Shown piece by piece: positions 50,026-61,625 of a DNA stretch of 64,000 nt; the first letter of the stretch is position 1, and each line of letters starts with the position of its first letter. A model generated the notes under the pieces. That model had not been told where the DNA came from. It did not search any database and saw only the letters and a list, made by a program, of their open reading frames with translations. Source of the stretch: Mobula hypostoma (lineage: Eukaryota). The position numbers and the translations under genes are program-made. The DNA is taken from contig NC_086097.1 in NCBI RefSeq assembly GCF_963921235.1, positions 95,668,001-95,732,000 of the forward strand, given 5' to 3'.

Positions 50026-51675
50026 CACTGATACTGATCATTTAGTATATGGGACTCTGATACTGACCATTTAGTATATGGGACCTAGTATATGGGATTC
50101 TGATACTGAACATTTAGTATATGGGACCAAGTATATGGGACTCTGCTACTGACCATTTAGTATATGGGACTATGATACTGACCATTTAGTATATGGGACT
50201 CTCCGACTCTGATACTGACCATTTAGTATATGGGACTCTCCGACTCTGATACTGACCATTTAGTATATGGGACTCTCCGACTCTGATACTGACCATTTAG
50301 TATATGGGACACTGATACTTACCATTTAGTATATGGGACTCTCCGACTCTGATACTGACTATTTAGTATATGGGACTCTGCAACTCTGATACTGACCATT
50401 TAGTATATGGGACTCTCCGACTCTGATACTGACCATTTAGTATATGGGACTATGATACTGACCATTTAGTATATGGGACTCTCTGACTCTGATACTGACC
50501 ATTTAGTATATGGGACACTGATACTGACCATTTAGTACATGGGACTCTCCGACTCTGATACTGACTATTTAGTATATGGGACTCTGCAACTCTGATACTG
50601 ACCATTTAGTATATGGGACTCTCCGACTCTGATACTGACCATTTAGTATATAGGACTCTGTTACTGACCATTTAGTATATAGGACTCTGTTACTGACCAT
50701 TTAGTATATGGGACTCTGATACTGACCATTTAGTATATGGACACTGATATTGACCATTTAGTATATGGGACTCTGATACTGACCATTTAGTATATGGGGC
50801 TCTGTTACTGACCATTTAGTATATGGACACTGATACTGACCATTTAGTATATGGGACTCGGATACTGACCATTTAGTATTTGGGACCTTGATACTGACCA
50901 TTTAGTATATGGGACTCTCTGACTCTGATACTGACCACTTAGTATATGGACACTGATACTGACCATTTAGTATATGGGACTCGGATACTGACCATTTAGT
51001 ATTTGGGACCTTGATACTGACCATTTAGTATATGGGACTCTCTGACTCTGATACTGACCATTTAGTATATGGGGCTCTGTTACTGACCATTTAGTATATG
51101 GGACTCTGATACTGACCATTTAGTATATGGACACTGTTACTGACCATTTAGTATATGGGACTCTGATACTGACCATTTAGTATATGGACACTGATATTGA
51201 CCATTTAGTATATGGGACTCTGATACTGACCATTTAGTATATGGGGCTCTGTTACTGACCATTTAGTATATGGACACTGATACTGACCATTTAGTATATG
51301 GGACTCGGATACTGACCATTTAGTATTTGGGACCTTGATACTGACCATTTAGTATATGGGACTCTCTGACTCTGATACTGACCACTTAGTATATGGACAC
51401 TGATACTGACCATTTAGTATATGGGACTCGGATACTGACCATTTAGTATTTGGGACCTTGATACTGACCATTTAGTATATGGGACTCTCTGACTCTGATA
51501 CTGACCATTTAGTATATGGGACTCTCTGACTCTGATACTGACCATTTAGTATATGGGGCTCTGTTACTGACCATTTAGTATATGGGACTCTGATACTGAC
51601 CATTTAGTATATGGACACTGATACTGACCATTTAGTATATGGGACTCTGATACTGACCATTTAGTATTTGGGACC
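50024..51675. repeat. Minisatellite, 29-bp core ACTCTGATACTGACCATTTAGTATATGGG with 28- and 37-bp variants, ~1.65 kb
   Basis: Direct reading; no unique spacers. Confidence 0.98.
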
Positions 51676-52151
51676 TCTCAGGAATTACTACGTTGCTACA
51701 CGATGTCTTGTCTGATGTCTGGACCCTACAGCAGTGCCCCTGTACTACAGTGGTCGTCTCCACAAGTGGACATTGAGCTCACCAGCTTCACCCTTGGAGA
51801 CAGAGCTGCTCTGCAGTGCGGCAAATGGAAATCGTGAGTTCTGTTTGTTACTGACTTGTTTGATGTCAAAGTGGATGAGGAAGCACCGTGTCACGGGATG
51901 GTTAGTCTCTCTTTCTGATGCTGGCAAGGGCTCAGCAGAAGGTACTGGGTGAGCACCAGATTCCATGTGTCTGTGGCCATCACCTGGCCTCAGGTACCAG
52001 TACACCTAGTTCGAGGAACCCGAGACCGCCCGTGGTTCTGAGGAGTCAGCCTCCTTGGGGAACGAGAGGGACAGCAGGCAAGGGAAGCAAGGGAAGCAAA
52101 GGGGGGCAAACTGGTGCGGTGTCACCATCCCCTGCCCCATCTGGCAGTTAC

Positions 52152-52303
52152 CAGATTATTCCGGTGGGGTCCCGGCCTTTCTCCGTCCAGTCGGGTGGGT
52201 GTTTTCAGTCCACCGTACTTTTTCCAATAGCTCCAGCAGGCTACGCAGAGACGGCACTGCATGTTGGGGGGTCCCCAGGAATACCACTGGTGTGACTGTG
52301 TGG
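52152..52303 (-). CDS. mta1: MTA1-like exon ([50 protein letters not shown]), GATA zinc finger, 152 bp, phase 1-0
   Basis: Acceptor tttccccag|CC, donor CTG|gtaact; [10 protein letters not shown] is MTA1-type rather than MTA2/3-type. Confidence 0.96.
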
Positions 52304-52791
52304 CTGGGGAAACAATAACAAAGAGATTCAAGTTAATTCCGGCTCCCCTCCCCTCCCGGGCTCACGTTGCTACAACAGTGGCTGATCGATCAACATGGCC
52401 CTGGCACATTCAGCAGCGATCACTTCTGCTGCTCTCTCTCCACAGATGCTTCCTTTTCTGCTGAGTACTGGCAGCATCTTCCATTTCTATGAGCAAAATA
52501 GGCAGGTATATGGTGGTTTTCACTCACTGCAAGGTTTGCTGTGCTAAAGGAGACGGTGAGGTATCATGTCTCTTGTCAGCATGGTTTACTTTGATTGCTA
52601 CCAGCCGACTGGTTTGAGCAATCATTGTCATGCAAGTCCCTTGTGGAGCTGTGTTGTTAACTGAAGGGTGAGGACACCAACTTCAAGGAAAATGCCCTCA
52701 ACACACAGGACCAAGTGCGTTTCAAGACCACTATGTGGCTGAGGAGCTGGTGCAGGGGGCAGGAATTCATGCTCTTGGATTATTGGGACCT

Positions 52792-53895
52792 CACATGAAA
52801 TGCTGGAGGAACTCAGCAGGTCAGGCAGCATCAATGGAAAAGAGTAGACAGTTGACGTTTCAGGCTGAGACCCTTCATCAGGATGTAAATGGAAGGGGGA
52901 AGCTGCCAGAGTAAAAGTCTGGGGGGGGGGGGAGGAGAAAGAGACCAGCTGGAAGGTGATGGGTGGAAAAGGTCAAAGGCAGGAGAAAGAATCTGATAGG
53001 AGAGGAGAGTGGACAACAGGAGAAAAGGAAGGAGTTGGGAGAGTCATAGACAAGTGAGAAGAAGTAAAAGGTCAGAGTGAGGGCAATAAAGTTTTAAGGG
53101 GATTCTCAGATTCCTGTAAATAATGGTTAAGGTTGAGTCTGTGTATTCTGGTTTGAGAATAGCTGCAGCATGTCTGAGCAGCTGCTCTTTAGGGTGAGAT
53201 GAGGATTAAAAGCTCACACAGACCCACAAGAGGGTGTCTCCTGACTTCTCACACCTTTTTGGTTTCGACAAGGCAGGGCATTCCTTACATTCCTTTCCTA
53301 ATTTCGGTAGAGTTTCTTATCTAAATTATTAAATTCTGCTCTATCTGAGTAGCTGGAATATCCATTGATCTGACTGTTCTTCTGTATTGAGATGGTAAAG
53401 GATCAATCTGTCCTGCTAACATGCTGAGTGTCCAGACAAGGACATGCAGGATGTGAGAATTAATTATACCCTGTTCTCTGTTTACCTCTGCCTGATGTGA
53501 TTAAGTATTCTTTGTCAAGTACGTTTACCTCTGTTTTAGGTGATTAAGTGGCCTCTGTGTCGGACTATCACTGTTGCTAGGCTTTCGTGACAAGGATGAT
53601 ATAAAAAACTGTATCTCTGTGTTTAGAGAGAGAGACTTCTGTGGCTGACTCTCTGTGAGTGCAGAAGAAAGGTTCCCTCTCACCGCTTGCTACTAATAAA
53701 AGTGGTAAAGAATCAACTGTGGTACTTGTTTCATTACATCGGACTGATCACCGTTAACGGGGGTGGGGGGGGTTAATTCTGTTCACTGGAAGTAGAAATC
53801 GATATTCATACCATCAGGTTGGAGTAGAAATCGATATTCATACCATCAGGTTGGAGTAGAAATCGATATGCATACCATCAGGTTGGAGAGTACCC
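52792..53895 (-). mobile_element. Penelope-like terminal fragment with hammerhead-like core (~52848-52885), interrupted by an LTR-like insert; 32-bp triplication at ~53788-53888
   Basis: Minus strand CTGATGA-AGGGTCTCAGCCT-GAAA-CGTC; ATGCTGGAGGAACTCAGCAGGTCAGGCAGCATC; (GGAGTAGAAATCGATATTCATACCATCAGGTT)x3 parallels 1962-1992. Confidence 0.7.
53092..53759 (+). mobile_element. Probable solo LTR (~670 bp)
   Basis: Splits a Penelope-like fragment; TATA-like GATATATAAAAA ~53598 followed by AATAAA ~53695; decayed inverted termini TTTTAAGG / CCGTTAACG; no clean TSD. Confidence 0.5.
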
Positions 53896-53903
53896 AAAAG
53901 AAG

Positions 53904-54087
53904 CTCATTGCTCCATCAGACCTGATCCAAGGAATACTCATTGCTCCATCAGCCTATGATGACCTGTTCCCTGATCCAAGGAATACTCATTGCTCCATCA
54001 GCCTATGATGACCTGTTCCCTGATCCAAGGAATACTCATTGCTCCATCAGCCTATGATGACCTGTTCCCTGATCCAAGGAATACTCA
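53904..54087. repeat. 49-bp tandem repeat, 3 perfect copies (53941-54087) plus one deleted copy, abutting an mta1 splice donor
   Basis: Unit TTGCTCCATCAGCCTATGATGACCTGTTCCCTGATCCAAGGAATACTCA. Confidence 0.95.
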
Positions 54088-54088
54088 C

Positions 54089-54219
54089 TGAAGCAGCTCT
54101 CGCATGCTCGCCCAGGTCCCAGCACTGCTACTGTCCCATTTGGCGCCAGCACACCGCCTCCATTCATCGCTCCCGCCTTTGCATTCGTCCCATTGATCTG
54201 GTTTGGGTTTGGCTTATTA
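54089..54219 (-). CDS. mta1: MTA1-like exon (NKPNPNQINGTNAKAG...GPGRACESCF), first CxxC of the GATA-type zinc finger, 131 bp, phase 2-1
   Basis: Acceptor ctctttag|T, donor A|gtgagt; NKPNPNQI and GRACESC motifs. Confidence 0.95.
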
Positions 54220-55250
54220 CTAAAGAGTGAGATGGGGGAGAGGAAGATAAAAGACATTAGGGTGATAATTTCCCCCATTAATCACACTTTCAGTAAACAA
54301 CCACAGTTGGTTTTATGGTCAGCATTTCTATAATTCAATTATCCTCCATTCACCACATTTTGCTAATGAAATATCCCTGTAGTTATCATGGATTCTTGCT
54401 GCAGATTTATTTCAAGTCCCATTTGCTTGTTATTCTTGGAGATCTTGTTTAATTAGGATTAAACCTCCAATCCTGACATTGGATCGTAGACCTCCACCAT
54501 TAACTTTCCCACTTTCCATAGATGGTGCCCAACTTGCTGAGTTTTTCCAGTATTTTCTATATGTGTTTTCAGGTTTCCAGCATCTGTAGATTGATTTCAT
54601 TAGATGTTACAATGAAGTCTTACACATTATCAGTTCCGTTGGAGCTGCGAACTATTCATGACAATTGTAAACTAGAGAGTACAGAAGTAAAAGGATGAAC
54701 AGTGAACCTGTTTGACATGGTAAAATATCCATATCATGTTATGAAAGGCAAACAAAATGTATTCATCTTGTTGATACAGTCTTCCCATAACCTGCCTCAC
54801 TATGCAAACAGTGAATAGGGATAGCACAGTGGAGAAGCTAATTGTGCTGCTGCCTCACAGACCCAGTGACCTGTGGAAATGTACGTGTGGTGTTGGCACA
54901 TTTTCCCTGTGAAGGGTAGGCTTCCTTTGGGTACACTGATTTCCTCCCACATCCCAAGAACAATCAGTTTAGTTATTTGATCAGCCGCTTTAATCTGGTG
55001 AGTGGTGGAATCTGGTGGGGAGTTGATGAGATGATGGGTCAGGGTAGAATTAGTATAAGTGGGTGCTGGGGGGTTGGCTGCTGGGCCAAAAGGCCTCAAT
55101 GACGATACACATGCCAGTGGGTTGGGCAGTGAAACAAAGGGTCGGTTTCTGTGCTTTACAACTCGATGACCTTTTTGGTATTCCACAAGACACTCAGCTG
55201 AATACCCAGGCAGGAAGTGATGTTATTTGGTCCAGAAAACAAATGCTTAC

Positions 55251-55309
55251 TAGTTGGGGATGTAGACTTGCTTCAGTTTACTCTCTGCTTCAGCCGCTTT
55301 CAGCCGTTT
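55251..55309 (-). CDS. mta1: MTA1-like exon (KRLKAAEAESKLKQVYIPN/Y), 59 bp, phase 0-2
   Basis: Acceptor ctttatcttag|AAA, donor TA|gtaagc; highly conserved MTA peptide; not in the ORF track, read manually. Confidence 0.96.
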
Positions 55310-55607
55310 CTAAGATAAAGATAACAAAATATCAGAGGTAACCTCCACAAACACACAAACCGCTTAGAACTTATGACACTCATGCCAATGAAAATCCTAC
55401 ATTATTAATCGTCCATATGCTTGAAACCATTTAGAAAATGTTTCAGCACCCCAGCATATTCTCTAACTAATCCTGGGAACAGGGAACAAATCCAAGTAGG
55501 AATGATGAACTACCTTGGCCGTGCATCTCCATCCATGATGAGCAAGTGTGGATTCAATCCAATTTAAGTGTAATCTTTGATGTCTTTGAAAAAAACATAG
55601 TTTAGAT

Positions 55608-55688
55608 CAGGGGTTCCCAAACTTTTTTTATGCCATGGATCCCTACAATTAACCAAGGGGTCTGTGACCTCCAGGTTGGGAACCCCTG
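55608..55688. mobile_element. 81-bp hAT (Charlie/Buster-type) MITE
   Basis: Perfect 13-bp TIR CAGGGGTTCCCAA / TTGGGAACCCCTG; TSD not preserved. Confidence 0.85.
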
Positions 55689-56852
55689 TTCTTCTCAATC
55701 TCATCTACTTTTTGGCAGAATTGGATAGTTCCACAGTCATGGGGCAAAGGTAACGTTACACCAGCTCCCATTCCATTTTTAGCCTGTGCCGGATTTTAAA
55801 AAGGAGATAAGGAATCACAATAAATCATTGTTTCCACAACCAAAGGTGTAAGAGCACTGGTCATAAATGATGTTCACTTGGCACTGTCTTCTTGCTTTGC
55901 TAAAGCTACCAGCTGCCATCTAAAGATATGGAGACCCCAAAATGAGCCAACAATCTGTCGAAATCAGCCGTCTTGGGTTTGATGCTAATCCTGCCTTTTT
56001 ATGATCCAAGCTATATCCAGTAGGAACTTCCCACTGTTGCACAGAACACTGCCACCAAAAATAGGTTTTGATAAATTCGGCTCTGTTGGCAGTTGGAGAG
56101 ACTGCTCAGATGGACCATCTATAATAGGGTGGGATGATGTGACCAGACAAGGATGCATCTAGCAACACAATTCAAACAAAAGAAACTGTGTTGAAACAAT
56201 TACATTTCCAATGTACAAAAATCTCCTTAGGAGTATATGATACAAAGCTTGCAGCCTTTTAACTCATCTTAACAATAGACTGACAACTTGATGAACTATT
56301 AAATGCAAATACCTTTCTCTAGGAGGTAGCACTAGCGAATACGTACTTTTGGCTTTAATTACACATCATTATCCTAAAAGCAGAATGCTATTGCCTGGTT
56401 TAACACTGCTGTTCTTGCAGTACAGGGCATCACATAACTGTGAGCTCATTTCACAAGGGAGATTTGAAATAGGTTACATCACCATTACATCTTTTATCTC
56501 AAAATTGGAAAGCCATGACAGTTTGCCCAATTTTTGTGATAGATGTGTTCACCTCTTGCATTTCCCAATGTTGCCTTTGATAATAAGTACACAAACCAAT
56601 GACTAGGCACATGGTAGTTCAGAACAACAGCCTATTTAGATAATCAAACATATAATAAAACAACTGACGTCTAGTGAACATGCAAATAAGGTGAGGCCAA
56701 GGAATATAGTCTAACATTTGTAATAGCAGAGTGTGGAAATCTACAACTCTCTTCCACTAATAGTTCCACATGCCAGATCACACCCCAGCTTAACAAATCA
56801 ACAACATCAACTGAAAAGCCAATGAAAGAATCGATAATTATGTGCACATTAC

Positions 56853-56927
56853 CTGCTGGACATATCGGTCCGTGGTCTTCCACATATAGTAATACTCGAC
56901 AATGCTCGTTAATGACTTCCAGGGTAA
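56853..56927 (-). CDS. mta1: MTA1-like exon, end of SANT domain ([25 protein letters not shown]), 75 bp, phase 0-0
   Basis: Acceptor ttattcaaag|TTA, donor CAG|gtaatg; peptide nearly identical to vertebrate MTA1/2/3. Confidence 0.96.
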
Positions 56928-58555
56928 CTTTGAATAAGTAAACATAGATAATGTTAGACAAAGTTTATCTAAACCAGTGGTTCCTAAAGTGGGAGACATC
57001 ATCCCTCTGGGGACAATGGGAATCTCTAAGGGACGATACAGCAGGCAGTAAGGGGGTGGGCATGGTAGCAAGGGAAGCAGCTGAGGGATCAGGTTTAATT
57101 TAAAAATGAATTACTTATTATAAGCATTTGATTCCAGTGCCTCATAATTGATTACAATGATAACATAATCACCTCATCTCTTGCTAACCCAATGTTCTCT
57201 TAGGCTTTGGCTTTATGCAAAGCAATGTGACACTTCTGTATTTGGCATATCATGAGAAATCTGAACTGAAGAGATCGTGTTATTTCCGGGCCCAGCCCAC
57301 GCATTATCGCTGTTCTCTACTGCAGCACGGTGTTAGCTAATACAATTCCCATACTCTAATCACTCTAAATCTGCCCTTTAGAATTGCCTTGACCACATTT
57401 GTCTTCACATGGCTCAACCGATTTATCACTACCTCACTTCATGTACCTTCAGGTAGAGTCAGATTTTGCATGCACTACGATGACCTCACAACTTTCCCCA
57501 TTATTGATTACAGCACTTCAGGCTGGACTTGAGTAGAGGCAATTGACCATGTTGTAAATCCGTAACAAAAATGGCAGAAACGGACCAAATGAAAAAGAAG
57601 TATAGAGAGTACAGTGTGGAGTATCTGAAATATGGATTTATATCAGCACCAGGCAACCAACAGCAGCTAATGTGACTGCTGTGTAAAAAAAGTTATTTCA
57701 AAAGAGGCAATGAAACCATTCGGGATTCTTGAATATTTGAAGGGAATACACTCTGATAAAACAAACAAGAAAATTGCTTATTTTCAGTTACTTCATGAAG
57801 GCTTTCAGAAATGGAACACTTCAAAACAGGCTTGCAAGCACATCACAACAAAATGGTGATGGTTTGTGTGCTTCATACAATGCTTCATTGCTCATTGTTA
57901 AATTGGAAAGCCCCATAAAATTGGAGAGGAACTGATTTTGTCAGCAGTAAGGGAGATTCTGAGTATTGTTTTGCATAAGTCACCAGACCAAATAATTAAA
58001 TTAAATCCGCTCAGTGACAACTCTGCTCAAAGATGAACAGATGAAATGTCTGAGGATGTGGAAGACACATTGTGCAACACACTTAGGGCAACAGAATTGG
58101 TTCCGCAGTGGGATGAGTCAACTATGCCAGGCAACGAATCTTTGCTTCTTGGTTATGTTCACTTCATAAAAGCTGAAAGCATGGTTCAAGAATTGTTATT
58201 TGCAAGGCAACTAGAAACAGATATGAAGAGGGAGTCAATATTTTGGGTTGTTGCATAATCAATGGGAGGTCACTGCCACGGGGTTATTACTTTCTTGAAA
58301 AAAGTAGCTAACACACAGCATTTACCATTTACTTTGTAATTCACAAGCAACATCTTGACACTAAGTGATCATTACACAAATCAGTAAACACTGTTATCAC
58401 AACAATAAATAAAATTAAGTTCCATACTCTCAATTCTTCACTATTTCGAGAGCTTTGTATTGAGAATGATGAACAGTTTGAATACTTGCTGTTGCGCACA
58501 GAACTCAGATGGCCCTCAAAAGGAAACTGCCTGAGATGTTTTTAAAAACGTAAAT

Positions 58556-59960
58556 GTGAGGAATTCTGCAGATGATGGAAATTCAAGCAACACACATCAA
58601 AGTTGCTGGTGAACGCAGCAGGCCAGGCAGCATCTCTAGGAAGAGGTACAGTCGACGTTTCGGGCCAAGACCCTTCGTCAGGACTAACTAAAGGAAGAGC
58701 TAGTAAGAGATTTATAAGTGGGAGGGGGAGGGGGAGATCCAAAATGATAGGAGAAGACAGGAGGGGGAGGGATGGAGCCAAGAGCTGGACAAGTGATTGG
58801 CAAAGGGGATATGAGAGGATCATGGGACAGGAGGCCCAGGGAGAAGGAAAAGGGGGAGGGGGGAAAAAAACCCAGAGGATGGGCAAGGGGCATAGTCAGA
58901 GGGGCAGAGGGAGAAAAAGGAGAGAGAGAGAGAAAGAATGTGTGTATATAAATAAATAACGGATGGGGTACGAGGGGGAGGTGGGGCATTAGCGGAAGTT
59001 AGAGAAGTCAATGTTCATACCATCAGGTTGGAGGCTACCCAGACGGAATATAAGGTGTTGTTCCTCCAACCTGAGTGTGGCTTCATCTTTACAGTAGAGG
59101 AGGCCGTGGATAGACATATCAGAATGGGAATGGGATGTGGAATTAAAATGTGTGGCCACTAGGAGATCCTGCTTTCTCTGGAGGACAGCTAAACGATCTC
59201 CCAGTCTGCGTCGGGTCTCGCCAATATATAGAAGGCCACATCGTGAGCACCGGACGCAGATTGCTACACATGCCCTTACACTTCCTCCCTTACCACCATT
59301 CAGGGCCCCAGACAGTCCTTCCAGGTGAGGCGACACTTCATGTGTGAGTCGGCTGGGGTGATATACTGTGTCCGGTGCTCCCGATGTGGCCTTCTATATA
59401 CTGGCGAGACCCGATGCAGACTGGGAGATCGTTTAGCTGAATACCTACGCTCTGTCCGCCAGAGAAAGCAGGATCTCCCAGTGGCCACACATTTTAATTC
59501 CACATCCCATTCCCGTTCTGATATGTCTATCCATGGCCTCCTCTACTGTAAAGATGAAGCCACACTCAGGTTGGAGGAACAACACCTTATATTCCGTCTG
59601 GGTAGCCTCCAACCTGATGGCGTGAACATCGACTTCTCTAACTTCCACTAATGCCCCACCTCCCCCTCGTGCCCCATCCGTTATTTATTTATATACACAC
59701 ATTCTTTCTCTCCCTCTGTCCCTCTGACTATACCCCTTGCCCATCCTCTGGGCTTCTCCCCCCCCCTTTTCTTTCTCCCTGGGCCTCCTGTCCCATGATC
59801 TTCCCATATCCCTTTTGCCAATCACCCGTCTAGCTCCTGGCTCCATCCCTCCCCCTCCTGTCTTCTCCTATCATTTTGGATCTCCCCCTCCCCCTCCCAC
59901 TTTCAAATCTCTTACTAGCTCTTCCTTCAGTTAGTCCTGACGAAGGGTCTCGGCCCCAAA
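58556..59960. mobile_element. Young Penelope-like insertion with inverted structure: minus arm 58556-59258, plus arm 59259-59960, inside the hAT transposase
   Basis: GIY-YIG ORFs on both strands (58989-59258 minus; 59325-59651 plus); highly similar to 1515-2254. Confidence 0.92.
58649..58686 (-). ncRNA. Minimal hammerhead ribozyme motif
   Basis: Minus strand TAGTC-CTGACGA-AGGGTCTTGGCCC-GAAA-C-GTC-GACTG. Confidence 0.75.
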
Positions 59961-60809
59961 CAAGTTAACACTATTTAAGTGAAACACTGGTCGTCATGAC
60001 CTTTTCCAATTTTTGAGCCTCTGAGTTGGAAGAGAAAGCAAGAGCATTAGATGATGATCTACAAGTATACTGTGCCCACCTGGGTGAGCTGCATTGTAGG
60101 ATCTTCTCTTAATGCAAATTCCAGACTGGGGGTAAATCCATTCCTGAACACTTGTAATGAGGAATTAACAAGGAGGATGGAGGAAGATCTGATCTCACCA
60201 CAAAATGACTTTGAGCTGAAGCCGAAGTTCAAAAAAATCAAATCAAGACTTTTGGTCATAGAAAGAAATCTCTGAACACTAACTGTCCTGCACTTTGGGA
60301 AAAAAGTCAAGATGTTCTTTATTGCCTTTCCAACATCATATTCAGTCAGCCAAATTCTTTCAAACCAACGAATAGGCTGCAAACTACTGAACGTGGGGAT
60401 CTGAGACTCCTTCTGAGTGACATTCAGCCTGATGTTGAGAAGCTGATGTCACTGCACCAAACCCATCCATCTCATTGAAAGGTGAAAAAGCAATGAATCA
60501 GTGAACAGTTGGACTACTAAGGTACTCTCTAAAGTTGTTGATGAAAACTATTTTGCTGTAACTAAATAAAGAAATAATTTTACTTGCAGCTTCAAATAGA
60601 TTTGAATGATTTTTGCAATTAATTGTCATCGTAAATCAAAATTCTTCATAGTTTTTTATGTAATGGCTGGAAAGAGAGGGGGTGCGTGCTGGGGGTGTGG
60701 TCTGGGAGCCAAGAGGGTGGTAACCAAAAAAAGTTTGGGAACTACTGTTGTAGCATTTCTCCAAGTCACTTGTTCACTATTACTGCATAAGAAATTTCGA
60801 AGTACAAAC

Positions 60810-61625
60810 TGTAAGTTTATTATCAAAGTACGTATATACAACCCTGAGATTCGTTGTCTTATGGGCATACTCAATAAGTCCATAATGGAATCCGTGAAAG
60901 ACTGCACTAACTTGGGAATTCAACCAAGACAACGAACTATGCAAATACAAAAAGAAAGAAATAATAATAATAAATCAGTAAGCAATAAATATCGAGAACA
61001 TGAGATGAAAAGTTGTTGAAAATGAGTCCATAGGTTGTGGGAACATTTCAATAATTGGCGGGGGGGTGGGCTCTGACGATGGATGCTACTTTCTTGCAAC
61101 AACACTCCATGTAAATGTGCTCAATGGTGGGAAGGGCTTTACTGTGATGGACTGGGCTATGTCCACTACTTGTTTGAGGATTTTCTGTTCAAGGGCACTG
61201 GTGTTTCCATTCCAGGAGAGACGCAGCCAATCAATATAGTCTCCACTACACATCAACAGAAGTTTGTCACGACACGCTGAATCTTCACAAACTCCTAACG
61301 AAGTAGAGGCACTGCTGTGCTTTCTCCGTAATTGCACTTTTGTGCTGGTCCTTCTAAATACCAGCATCGAGGAATTTAAAGTTGCTTACTTAATTTAAAT
61401 TTAAATTTAAATTTAAAGATCCTCTGATGAGTACTGGCTCGTTGACCTCTGGTTTTCCTCTCTTTACATTATTGATCAGCCCACAGTCATAAGTGTAAAG
61501 CAAGTAGAGCAAGGGGCTAACCTTGTGGTTCACCAGTACTGATGGATATTATGGAGGAGATGTTGTTGCCATTCCAAACCGACTGGGGTTTTCAAGTGAG
61601 CAAATTGAGGCTCCAATTGTACAAG
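60810..61625 (-). mobile_element. Decayed Rex1/Babar-type LINE 3' fragment
   Basis: Minus-strand W.GNTSALEQKILKQVVDIAQSIT...P peptide. Confidence 0.65.

Larger units (their letters stand above)
13167..56927 (-). other. mta1: Span of the intact spliced coding region of an MTA1-like gene (metastasis-associated protein, NuRD subunit); 5' exons (BAH/ELM2/most of SANT) lie beyond the window end
   Basis: Nine GT-AG exons with compatible phases (0-2-1-0-1-1-1-1-0) splice into one open frame. It matches MTA1-type motifs: [77 protein letters not shown]. Confidence 0.93.
56975..60747 (+). mobile_element. Fossil Buster/Charlie-type hAT transposon with disrupted transposase (~57571-60478)
   Basis: TIRs CAGTGGTTCCTAAAGT / AGTTTGGGAACTACTG. 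Peptides KKKYREYSVEYLKYGFI, PLSDNS, QWDEST, LLL.TELRW.SKG, IAFPTSY and C-terminal LHQTHPSH* are typical of ZBED5/SCAND3-related transposases; many stops and frameshifts. Confidence 0.9.

Noticed and set aside
50024..51675. CRISPR-like array of ~29-37-bp repeats
   Set aside because: No unique spacers, no cas genes, vertebrate intron context.
58989..59336. 115-aa GIY-YIG ORF as a standalone nuclease gene
   Set aside because: Chimeric across the inversion junction of the Penelope-like insertion and carries an internal deletion.
57571..60478. Domesticated ZBED5/SCAND3-like gene
   Set aside because: Many stops and frameshifts, an internal deletion, a nested insertion and retained TIRs indicate a dead transposon.
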